From Neoconidiobolus thromboides FSU 785 (taxonomy: Eukaryota > Fungi > Entomophthoromycota): a DNA stretch of 64,000 nucleotides. The notes beneath the pieces were generated by a model. That model saw nothing but the letters and a program-made list of their open reading frames with translations. It had not been told where the DNA came from and did no database searches. Shown here in pieces: positions 40,704 to 53,634 of this stretch (its first letter is position 1; every line of letters starts with the position of its first letter). The stretch spans positions 117,419 to 181,418 of the forward strand of contig MU626276.1 of NCBI GenBank assembly GCA_025603075.1, given 5' to 3'. The position numbers were made by a program, and so were the translations under genes.

Positions 40704-41922
40704 CTTGTCATGTTTTTCAAATATAATTTCTCATTATTAGTTGAGCTAGAGGTCGCATTTAAACTGTTACTATCTATTGTAGTACCATCTATCGTATTAT
40801 TAGTTATTACACTAGGGTTGTTGCTGTCTATTTCACTGTTATTTATTATGCTATTATTATTATTAACATAATAAAATTTTAAGAATTGAATTCTTTTTTC
40901 CATCAATTTCAATTTTGTATAGTACCAACGTTTACTGATTTCTAACTCAGTAAAATAATAATCTTCCATGATTAAATTATTAGTAGGACATAAATTACAG
41001 CAGATTATGTCCTTTTGATAATGACTACATGTATTTAACTTATTTGATAACCAGCACTCCTCATCAAAATGATGACAGATTAGACACACTTTATTTCGAT
41101 TTGGATAAGAATATAATTGTTTTAATTTAAGTTGTTCCATCTTTATCTTTTTTAGATTGTTTATTAATAAATTTAGCATTGATTTTTTTTGATTTTTTAT
41201 TGGACACTTTTTTGACAACTTTAATTGGTTATTTGACTTTTTATTTAAATTAATTGTTAGTATATTATTAGTATTAGTATTAGTATCGATATAGTTAATA
41301 ATTAAAGGTATAGATAATAAATAAAATGATTCGGTAGTAGTAACAAAAGTAGTATCGATCAATTCAATCTTAATATTTATCAACTTCGTCTCATCATCTT
41401 CATCATAAGTCTCATATTCATACTCCAATGATTTATTGTTGTCAAAGCATTGTTTTAATTGATATGACCTTTCATCCCTTAGTTGTCTTATATAAAACGA
41501 TGTTTTTTCTTCATTGTTTATATTAAAAGTTGGGTTTATTTCAAATGGATTGCTATGTTCTATAAAAATCTATATTAGTTATGTTATTCTATAATATTAT
41601 TACTAATGCCATTACCTAAATAAGTGCCAGGGGCGAACTCAATCAACCAGCCATCACATTCCTCTTTTTCGACTAATTGATAATGAATATACTCGGCTTG
41701 ATGTATATCTTCATTGACGTTAAAATAATAAGGGTGTTCTATATCAATTCTCTGCTTAAATAAATGATTTGAATAAGTATCATTTTTTAAGTTAAATAAG
41801 TTTAATAAAATTAAATGAAATTCTAATAATAACGTAGATTCTAATATCAATAACTCGAATTGTTTTGATTCATACATTAATTTTAATATTAACTTTTTCT
41901 CCAAATTGTGTTTGTTGAGCAT
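40700..41922 (-). CDS. Uncharacterised protein with C-terminal Cys/His cluster (2 exons)
   Basis: ORFs 41584..41922 and 40700..41428 join in frame through one phase-1 GT-AG intron (TYL|EHSNPF). Confidence 0.65.
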
Positions 41923-43973
41923 TGTATTTCTTTATCGCTTTTTAATAAAATTAATGTTTGGAAAATAAATAAATGGTTGTTATAATTATTGATCTATCTA
42001 TTTATACTATTTTTTTTAGAAAAATAAAGTTCTTTTTTAAGGTTAATAATAAATTGTTTTAAAGTATAAAAAATAGTTAATTGTGAAACGTTTAATCTAT
42101 TTATTTAAGCCCAGATTTAAATGAACTAGATTTTGATTTAATTCTAATTCTCTCTTTATAGTAATTTAATATAACAATTATATTTACTTTATACTACATC
42201 ACACTATTTAATATTATAAAAAACTATCGATAAAGCGTTGTAAGTACTTTATAATATGACCTTTAAAATATATTCAAATATTTACTTATAGTAATAACAG
42301 TAACTTCCGACTTCATTTTTATTATTTCTATCAATTAAGGGGGTATTTGTATTAAAAATACAATACTATTCTTTATCTTTATTCTAGAATAATAATTATT
42401 ATCAATCATTATTAATTTTATCTCCTCATTCTTAATCACCTCTCCTTAATAATTATTCAATTGTTTGCCTTTTGCACTTTAAACTTGTTTTTATGAGTTA
42501 ATAGTTCTACACCTTTTATTTATTCCCTAAGGTTTTATTTATTTTTTATTTTTGAAAAATATTAGATAGTAACATCTAGAAACTTTATATATATTATTAA
42601 TATTTAAGAATTAGTCTTAAGTAAATGGGAATATCTAGATTATACATGAGACCTTTTGTTTAACATTATCAATACTAGTGTTTTAACTATAAGGAATTTA
42701 GATAATAAAATGGTCATTAAAAGTGATACTCAAATCGAGGCTATTGTTTTTATAGGTTAACTTTTTTTAAAACTATTTGTTTATGGCTTAATTTTTGATG
42801 AATCTGGAATTTTGTCTCTAAAATATCGGCAACAGTCCACCTTTTAAAATAATATCATTTTTGTTCTATTAGCATAGAAAAAAAATAACCAACAATAAAA
42901 TTAATAATTGCTTATAAATATTTTGTCATTTATGCCTTTATATATTAAAGCTAGTAATAATGATAGAATGAAAATTAGATAGTCCTAATTAAAATATTTT
43001 TTACCTTTTGGATAAGGAAGAGTTACAGATATTGTCTTTTATAAAAAGGAGAAAGAGGTGTTAAAGGTGGTAGTAATGATATTAACAGGATTTTATTAAC
43101 TATGATGATACAGAACCGTTCTAATAAAAGCGTCAGAGGTTAAAAAGTTGAGCTATTTATTTTATAGGTAAATTCAATCACCCATATTATCTCAAATGAC
43201 GCTAAATTGAATTTGAAATTAATAGCTTATAAGCTATTAATATATTGAAATTTAAACTTGTATTACTCCACAGACAATATATTATTTATTTTTAGAAACA
43301 TTATAAATATATATTAACATTACAAGATTTAATTTAGAATTTTATGCAAATAATAAAGTTTAGATTGACATTGAAATACTTTATCTGTTATATTTCTAAT
43401 ATTTTTAAAAAAAAGGTCACAAAAGACTTGTGATTATTTTATACCTTCAATTATAGTAATATCATACTTTCAGAAAGCATTTAAAATTGTATTAATCTTA
43501 TTATGGAGTAGAAACAATAAACAATATTTTATAAATAACTATATGCTTAAAATAATAAGATTACTACAAAAGCATGGGTAAGCAATTAACAAACAGTATA
43601 ATCTTTTATTCTACTATAAAAACAATAGTACTTACAATACATTTAGAATGAAAAAGGAATTTAAAGACCATCGATGTAATGATATTATACTTCAATGACT
43701 AATTTATTTATACTTTATGTAACATTTGTTAAAATAATTATCATTTTAATGAATGTTATAGGCATATAGTATTTTTATTATATGATAAACCATTTTTTGT
43801 TTCAGCGTTTTTCCTTATGAAAATTAAATAAGAACTAATTGTATAGTCTATAATATCAAATTACAAAATCAGAACAACAAATTATTGGGTTTAAAAAAAA
43901 AGTTACGTAATGAATTAAAAAAGTCAAATTGACTAAAAACTAATTTTATAATGCAATTAATTTTTACATATAA

Positions 43974-44903
43974 ATGAATCAACTTAAAGAAAATGAATTG
44001 AAAGCCATTAAATTAAAATGGGAGCAGTAATAGTACTATACAATAAACATTAATACCAGTATAATACTTAAATTTAGAGAACAGATAGAACTAAAGAAAA
44101 GATTAGTTGAAGATTCTTCAAGCTTAGACTTTACAATTGATTATAATAATGACCAAGTAAAACTAAATAATTTACATACTATTGCTGGGGTCGATATTTC
44201 CTTTTTTAAGAAAGAAAATAATAAAGGGATTGCTTGTTTATCGGTCTTATCTTATCCTTCATTAAAGGTAATTTACTATATAATTTTTAGAAAATATAGT
44301 AATACATTTAGCTAATACATTTAGAAACAGAAGAAATAGAACTGAAGTACCCATATATAGCCGGTTATTTAGCGTTTAGAGAAGTAGATCCAATATTGAA
44401 CCTAATTAAACGAGTGAAAGAAAAAAGAAAGGAAATTAAAATACAGTTAATAATGGTGGATGGTAATGGTAAGTTTCATCCACACCAATTTGGACTAGCT
44501 TGTCATTTAGGGGTGTTGGCCAATATACCAACAATCGGTGTAAGTAAAAACTTCTTATACTTAAGTAATGAAAAGAATCTAAGTAAAAGTAATTTCAATT
44601 TAAGTCAATTGGAATTTATTTCTATTGGTAAATATAAGTACGGGTTTATTATTGGAGATTCCGGTTTAGTTTATGGAGCAGTAATTATTTTGTCATATCA
44701 TTTTAAGTATTTATTTAATTATTATATAGGCTTTAGTTAATAATGAAACTAGTAAAAATCCTATCTTTATTTCTCAAGGCCATATGATTGACTTAATTGA
44801 CTGTATTATGATTACTTTGAGCTGCTGTTTATATAAAATACCAGAACCTATTCGACAAGCTGACCTTAACTCTAGACAAATTATAAGAGAATTAAAGTAT
44901 TAG
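43974..44903 (+). CDS. ENDOV: Endonuclease V (inosine-specific)
   Basis: IAGVDISF, PYIAGYLAFRE, MVDGNGKFHP, PTIGVSKN, PIFISQGH, KIPEPIRQADL. Confidence 0.92.
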
Positions 44904-45106
44904 TTATTTAAATTTAAATGTATTGTTATATTATCATTGTATATTTTTACTATGAAATCAAATAAGCCTATTCTATATTTATCTAATTGGTTAAAGCATA
45001 ATTTAAATTAGCTAATCAAATGGAGTTCTGTGATTCATGCTTGTTTAAACAATATAAAATAATAAAATTCAAATTGACACAAATACTTTAATATTATATT
45101 CATAGA

Positions 45107-46522
45107 ATGAAAGCTAAAGCAGAAACTGACAATAGAATTAACAAAAGTAGCCGATTTAAGCCCATAGGAAGGAAGATATATACTTTATTAACTGACCCAA
45201 AACATAATTCAAAACTGTGCAACTTTATTATTGTATTGGAAGTTTTGTTTAATCTAGCTATTATCTTCAAAGTAAATTGTAAGTTATGGATAAAATAGAA
45301 AATAATAAAACATAATAAACAAACGATTGTTTTAGATACTGAGATTGACTGGAAAGCATATATGCAAGAGGTAGGAGGCTTCTTAGATGGAGAACTTGAT
45401 TATTCTTTATTAAGAGGAGATACTGGGCCTTTGGTTTATCCTGGATTATTTGTATATATTTATAGTATATTTTATGTGATTTCGAATCAAGGAAAAAACA
45501 TATTATTAATGCAGTTTATCTATTTAGTAGTATATATAGTCCAAATTAAAATAATGAGCAAGATACATTGTAAAACAAAATTAGCACCAATCTATTTACT
45601 ACTACTATGCTATAGTAAACGGATACATTCTATTTATGTATTAAGGTTATTCAATGATCCTATAGCTATGTTGCTTTGTTATATTGCTATTTATTTTACT
45701 CTGAATCATCAGTTTTATTTTGCAACGATGCTTTATTCGTTGGCAGTGGGGATAAAAATGAATGTATTGCTATTTATGCCTGGTTATTTGTTTATTTTAT
45801 TCTGCAATAAGAATTTGGTCCAATTTTTATTAAATATTGCTACGTTTTTTATTGCTCAAGTAAGTGTCCTATATTATTTTGTATCCATTGTACTTATTGA
45901 ATTTGTTTAGATACTTATTGGACTACCTTTCTTATTAAAATATCCTCAAGAATATGTAAATAATGCATTTGAATTTAATAGAAAGTTTGATTTCCAATGG
46001 ACAGTAAATTGGCGAATGTTTGGTAAAGAAAGTTTCGAGTCCAACTTGTTTGCTAAAGTATTATTATTTTTTCATCTCTTTTTATTATTATTCTTTTTAT
46101 TTACATGTTGGATTAAACCATATGGCGGTCTAATTTCATTCTTAAAAAAGAGATTACTGTTTAACAAGAACAACAAGAATGAAATAATGACAAGTAAGTT
46201 CATGTTGGAAGTATTATACATCTCCAATTTTATTGGGATATTATGCTCTAGAACTTTACATTATCAATTTTATTCCTGGTATTATCATACATTGCCCTTT
46301 TTGTTTTGCATATTAACTAGAGTTTACCCTAAATTATATTTGATATTACAATTTATTTTATTAGAATATTGCTGGAATATTTATCCTTCTACTAATCTAT
46401 CATCTACTTTATTATTGTCTGGTCATTTGTCTATTATACTTGGATTATGGTTGTATCAATTTTTGACTTGTTATCCTCATTTGAATTTAATTAATGTTAT
46501 TGAGAAAAAGAAAGATGAATAA
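45107..46522 (+). CDS. ALG3: Dol-P-Man alpha-1,3-mannosyltransferase
   Basis: YTEIDWKAYM, GDTGPLVYPG, VLRLFNDP, WTVNWR, RTLHYQFYSWY, terminal di-lysine ER signal. Confidence 0.95.
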
Positions 46523-46703
46523 TAGGGTAATTACCTAATATTATCATAAAAATTTCCTTCAATTCTTTTAGTTTTAAATAATAAATCGTTGCTTAAGCTT
46601 TGAATTTAAATACGGATAATAATAACGATAGAGTATCATAAAAAATAAAACAAGTAATAGCAAAATATAAAATATTTTATATCATAATAATAATAATAAA
46701 ACT

Positions 46704-49700
46704 TTAATTCCAATTTTTTGTTTGAGTCACTTTAATATAATCTAAAATAAAAGTTATAAATAATAATATAATAGAGTCAAAAATGAGCTTACTTTCAGAG
46801 AGTACATTAAGTTGTTCTTTGTAACTAATCTCCATAGTTTGAGCATGGTCCTAAATAGTATAATATGACATTAGTATACCGTTACTTTATTTTATTTTAT
46901 TTTATTTTATTTTATTTTATTTTATTTTATTTTATTTTATTTTATTTTATTTTATTTTATTTTGTTACCTTTTCAATTTTTAACTCTTTTTTTACTAATA
47001 ATAATTCCTCATTCAAATTTTGATTATTTAATTCAATTTGGTTTAGTTTTTCACTTAATTGTAACCATTCATGATAATAATGTGTTGCTTCTGAATCTGC
47101 TTTTTCAACCTAAATAAATAATTAACATTACTAATTTAACCTTATGATAAATAATAAATTTACTTGTTCATTTAATGCTTTAATCTTTGATTCATACTGT
47201 TTTCTAGCTATTTTATCATTCGTTATATCCTCTTTGTTTAAATAGTTCTTAAATTTTAACTAAAAGGATATCATTAGTACTAAAATACATTATAAACATA
47301 CATTATTTACTTTATCATCTATTATTATTTTGTTATTGTTTATTACATTATTATCGTGGTTATTATTATTAGTATTGTTATTTGATATAGTATTATTGTT
47401 TCGGTGGTCATTAGTTGAAACGGTAGTATTTAGTAATAATAACTGATTCTCCTTCTCAACCAATTGCTTATTTAATTCTTCTAACTTCTATAACAATTTT
47501 AGTATTATATATTATTTATTATATAATATCATATGTTTACTATTTCTTTTTCATTGATTAAATCCAAGTTATTTTGTATTTTTTGTTTCATCTCATTTAT
47601 TTGTCTTTCGTTTTCTTCTTCTTTTTTTTCTTTGTCTTTTATTTTTGTTATCAAAGATTCTACCATGGATTCTTTAGCATTTGCTCTTACTAAATAATAT
47701 TAATGCTTTGTTACTTTAAATTAATGTTGTTTTACTTTGTTCGTGACTTAGCTTTGAATCGAGTAGGTCCATATCTTGTAATAAATTTAAATTCCAGTCA
47801 ATTAAATCCTGATAATTATTTAAATTGCTTGCATTATTCGTGCTCTATAAAGTCCATTAGTATTATTAATCTATATTATAATATAATATAGTTCTTTACA
47901 TTTATATTTAAATTCATTATAAATTTATTGATCTTCTTTTCAATTTCATTTTTACTATTGTTTAAATTGAGACTGTTATTTAAATAATTGATCTATAATA
48001 TAATTAATAAATATATAATATAACACCATTTATATTTACTGTATTATCGTCAATTGTAATATAAAATGCAATCCATCGCTTGATATTACAAAACAAATGT
48101 TCTAAATAATATTATTACATTACTATGATATTATCATAATTAAACTTACCAAAAATTATTTCTAAACCAACTAAGATTGTAAATAATTGTAAATGTAAAC
48201 AATTTAATAGCATCAATTCTTCATTCTGTTCTTCTCTTTTAACCTTAAGCTTAATAAAATTGATTATATTTTTAAGATGAATTTCAACTTGATGGATTAA
48301 ATTCCATATCAGCTTTATTTCGTTAGTAGAATGAGTATTAATTGATAGCCAATTAATTTTGATTAATTGATTCAATGTTTCTATTACTGGTTTGCTATCC
48401 CATTCGACTGATCGAATCCAATCTTTATTATTATTAATAAGTTGTTTTAATGTACTAAATATGTTATTTAATTCATTATTGATTAATATTACTTCTTTCT
48501 TTTCTTGATATTTTTTAGTATCATTGATTGTCCATTTACTATTTTCTTTTTTTGCTTCTTTATTAATAATTTCAATTGCGTTTACTATCAAGTTTAAACA
48601 ACTCATCACTTTGTTCATTTCAAGTTGAAACTAAAAGTATTATTAATAGTTATGCTAATTTTAGTAAATAAACTTACATTATTTAAATCAATATTTTTCC
48701 AGGTAGCATTGTTAGTATTATCAATCAAGTAAGAATATTTTTTACTTAAAGTAAATAAAACATGCTTCATAAACTCAACTAATTGGTTTAAACCTATCTT
48801 AATATCATTCCATGATATATTTTGTATATAGTGCTATAGTTAAGACTTTTAGTGTTATATTCAGATAATATAAAACCAAATTACATTCAAATAATTCAAA
48901 GAATCTGTATGATCTGTAGGGGAATCTGCATTCATTTGTAGTAAAAACAAGTTATTTCCAAATAGAGCTTGTATTTTGATTAATCTGTTCAAATCCATTT
49001 CATTGACAATATTCTCTTCTTTTTTATTTAATAGTGATTTCAGTTTTAATCTATTTTAATAGTATAGTAATACTAATAATATCGTAGTGAATCATTATTA
49101 AATTACCTTTCGATAGAATCAATGATTTTTACTAAATTGTCTTCCAAATTGTTTTTTTCGTTAATTAAAAATTGGTATTCCTCACTATTTTTGTTATTTA
49201 TTGTGTTTAATTGAATCTGGAAGCCACATTAAATACTATAATATATTATCGACATAAACTTACTTTCAGTTCTTTAATTTCTTCTTCTAATAATGCTTTT
49301 TTATTGCTCTCAATCTCTATTTTTATTTCATGGTCACTTTTTAAATCATCAATTAAACCATGTAGCTTCTCTAACTATAATTAATATATACAATAACAAT
49401 GAAAGATATATATTTTTACCATTTTCATAAATCTTGTTTTCTAAATCTAAAGTTGCTGCTTCCAACTGAACGTTTAATTCTTCTAATCTCTTTCTGCCAT
49501 TTGTCGATAACCAACCTGTTTTAAAAGGCTAATATATTAAATAATCTTAATAAATTGTTGCTACAGTAGCTATTACTTTATTATTGCTTCCTTGTAAAGT
49601 TTCGACTTTTTTAGATAAGCCTTTATTATGAAAATTTAGGACCTCTAAGTCTTGGTTATACTATGTATTTGCAATAAAAAGCTGGTATTAATTATTAAAA

Positions 49701-50080
49701 ATAAAAATATAAAAAAGGAAAATACTTTTCTTAACTCATTTTCTTTTTGTTTCAATTGTTCCACCAATTTTGTATTATTAGATTGTTCCTAGTTTTATTT
49801 TAAGTTTAAGTTTGGCTTTACTTACTTTATTCTTACATTTATAACAGCCTTTCTTAATATCGAATGTTGTGCCTTTATTCTATTTTTATATTAAATTTAT
49901 TCATCTAATATTACTATAATTACTTCGAGAATTCTTGTAATAATCTTTGATATTTTTCAGATAATTCATCAAGATCAGTTGTAGCTATAGCACCTAGTAG
50001 TAGTTTTTAAGTGATAAATGATAGTATTAGTCAATAATGATAAAATTACCGCTTGAAAATATTGAAGAAGAATTGGACAT
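46704..50080 (-). CDS. PPP1R21: PPP1R21 (KLRAQ/TTKRSYEDQ coiled-coil protein, FERRY Fy-2) homologue, many short exons
   Basis: Spliced N-terminus EKYQRLLQEFSKIKAQHSILRKAVINEQSNNTKLVEQLKQKENELRKYNQDLEVLNFHNKGLSKKVETLQ; C-terminus KQYESKIKALNEQVEKADSEATHYYHEW...QTMEISYKEQLNVLSE. Both match the two named PPP1R21 domains as recalled. Confidence 0.85.
46886..46963. repeat. (TTTTA)n microsatellite, ~15 units, inside a PPP1R21 intron
   Basis: Direct reading. Confidence 0.95.
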
Positions 50081-50237
50081 TAAAATATACACTTGCTTTT
50101 TAATAAAGTTGCTAAACAAAACTTAAGGGTAATAATAATTTGTAATTTTAAAGTATAAAAGTTCACTTTGATTGGATTGAATAAGTAATATGACAGCTAT
50201 AAAAATGGTAAATTTGTCAATAAGTAATTAGTTTATC

Positions 50238-53200
50238 ATGTCAACACTATTAAATTATCAAAATAAAATAATAGAAACAATCATTCAAGAAGAGAATGTA
50301 TTACTGATACTGTCTTCAGGATTAGGGTTAACAAGTATTGTAAAACAATTTATCAAACTGTATAATAAAAAAGAACAAAATGATCAAAGCCATGGTTTAA
50401 CTTTTTTATTGCATAACGATCAAGAAATAATGGATAATTATTTAATTAATCAAAACATCGTTAATATTGATGGTAGTATTCTTTCTAATACAAGGTAAAA
50501 ATTTTACATAGACCACAATTGGTGATTAAAAAATTGTAAACAGAAAAGAATTATATATGAAAGGAGGCGTTGTTGCTATTACTTCTAGGATATTGGTAGT
50601 AGATATGCTTTGTGACAGAGTTCCAATTCATCTGATTACTGGATTTTTATTATTGGAAGCACATAAGTAAATTGAAAATTCATTTATGAATATAAAAATA
50701 ACACTTTAAGGATTAAACCTCATTCAAGTGAAGCGTTTTTATTAAGAATATTTCGAGAAAAAAATAAAGTAATCTAACAGACATCTAGGAATAATTATCT
50801 AAATTCCTTTAAAATAGGATGGGTTTATAAAAGCATTTAGTGACCGACCAGAGCTATTTTTACGTGGATTTTCACCGTTAGAACGAACGCTTAAAACTTT
50901 ATTTTTAAGAAAAGCACAGCTATGGCCAAGGTTTCAATTCGAAGTAAAAAAGGAGTTAGAAATAGAAACAAACATCGAGGTTATTGAACTAAGACAGCCG
51001 CTAACTAAAAAAATGACAATAATACAGAATAGTATTATGGATTGTTTACAAACATGTTTATTAGAATTAAAAAGATCCAAATTACTAGTAAGTATCAATA
51101 CCTTTAATCAAAATATGAATACAATACAATATTTTGATATATTTATAGAAAGAAATAGATGATGACTTAACTATTGATTTTGCTTTAAATTCCAATTTTA
51201 TTTCATATGTCCGACATTATTTAGAACCTCAGTGGCATAGAATTGGATTTAACACTAAGGAATTAATATCGGATATTTACACTTTAAAAAATTTATTAAG
51301 GTAAAAAAACAATGTACAAATAAATTATAAACTTTAATGATAATATAACGTTTTAATAGATATCTACTAAATTATGACTGTGTCTCTTTTTTAAGATATT
51401 TAGATATCATACTAAGTATGAATCAAAGCAATAGCGCAAATTCTAATTCGAATGGTCCAAGCCCTTGGCTTTTGACAGATGCTGCTAATATATTAATTAT
51501 GGTAGATTTAACTGTCTTATGCCAACAATATATTAAATCTTATATTATGTAGACAGCCAAATCTAGAGTATTCTCTTCTAAAGATAACACAATCCCTATT
51601 TTAGAGTTACAGCCTAAGTGGAAAGTGGTTGAACAATTAATTGAAGAAATTAAAGAAGAAATTGAAAATAGTAAAGAATAGTTCAAATATACTAATAATA
51701 TTATTAATCAAATAATAGATAAAAGTAATGAATTACGAGCAAATATTTTAATAAGTACCGATAGTATAAGATCGTCACAGCAAATGAAAGAATACCTTAG
51801 TAAATTAAAAGAAAAAAATGAAAAAAACAATTGCCATTTGATGTTATATGAGAAATACGAAGATTACGTTTTATGGAAAAATAGTATCAACCAAATCACA
51901 TGTGATAACAATGGTAACAATCAAAATAGAAATCAAAATAATAAAGTAAATAATAAACGAAGAAGAGTTCGGGGAGAAAAAAAGAACCCAAATCAGAGTA
52001 ATCAGATAAATATAACTAGTTTTAGTTTATTTGATAGTTTAAATTTAAGGTAAGATTAATTTTTATTTACCTGTTAATTTGTTTATATATTATTAATATT
52101 CTAGTAAAAAAAATGAAAACAAAAATGAAGTAAAAATAAATAAGAGCGAAGAAAAGGATGACATAAATAAAGACGGAGAGAATAAAACTAATGATGATAA
52201 ATATATTGAAAACTTTGAAATCGATTTTGATGAAATGATGAGTTCATTTTATTCTAATATTTATGAAAAAAGTTATGAATTATTAAATAGCAATGATGAT
52301 AACAAATACGACATAATAGTCAATAGTTTTGATAATGGGGATTTAAGTGATTTATTTTTACAAGATTATAAGCCAAATTATATAATTATTGTTAATCCAG
52401 AACCATCATTTATTCGAAGAATTGAAGTTTATCAAGCACAAAATAAGCATATACAAATTAAAGTATATTTTTTAATTTATTCTGATTCAGTAGAAGAACA
52501 AAAATATTTAGCAACGATAAGAAGAGAAAAAGAAGGATTTGAAACTCTGATTAGAGAAAGAGCTAATTTGGCTATACCTATAGATTATGGCTTAAATATT
52601 AATAATGGAAATAGTAATTTATTCTTGAGCTCAATCAATAATACTCGTATTGCTGGTGGACAAAAATTAATATTAAACAATAATAAGGTAATAGGAGCAC
52701 TATAATATAATATAATATAATATAATATAAATTAATTTAGATCATCGTTGATGTACGTGAGTTTCGATCTAGTTTACCGTCTAATTTACATTTTAATGGG
52801 TTTGAGTTATTACCTGCTACCTTACAAATAGGAGATTATATACTATCACCAAATATATGTGTTGAGCGTAAATCTATACCTGATTTAATTGGTTCATTTA
52901 AATCTGGAAGATTACACAAACAGGTAGAAATGATATTCAAATATTACACAGTAGCAGTATTATTGATTGAATTCGATGAAAATAAAATATTTTCCTTTGA
53001 AGTAAACAATAGTTATTGATAAATAGTAGTAATAGTAACATAAAATTAATAGGAACTTGGCGAGCATAAAAGTGAATTTTCATTAGCAGATATAAGATCT
53101 AAATTAGCATTACTAACTATTCTTTTCCCAAAACTAAAAATCATTTGGTCCTCATCACCCAATCAAACTTGTGAATTATTCTTTTTATTAAAGGTAAATG

Positions 53201-53557
53201 ATAATATCATAAACACTACATGTAATAATAATAATAATAATAATAATTAGAGCGAAGAAAAACAGCCTGATTTAGAAAAATGTATTAAAATAGGTACAGA
53301 TGAGCAAGATCAAATTAATCAACTAACAAATGATGGGCCATTAGTAAGATTGATGAATAAAATAGAATAAAGAGTTAATTAATAAAATATAGGCACTTCT
53401 AAGGTCCCTTCCTGGAGTTAATTTTTATAATATAAATAATATTATGAAAAAAGTTAATAGCATCAAAGATTTATGCTCATTGAATTTAACTCAAATTCAA
53501 GAATTAATTGGGACTCAAAATGGAGAGTTGTTATATGCTTTTATACAAAAAAAATAA
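50238..53557 (+). CDS. RAD1: XPF/ERCC4 structure-specific endonuclease (multi-exon)
   Basis: TSRILVVDML, EAFLLRIFREKNK|DGFIKAFSD, LWPRF, FIRRIEVY, IIVDVREFRSSLP, GDYILSPNICVERKSIPDL. Confidence 0.95.
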
Positions 53558-53634
53558 AATCGAAAATGTAAAGTATTTTATAAAATGTATTGATATTTAT
53601 ACTATATTTCTAAGCTTAAATTTTTATTATGAGT

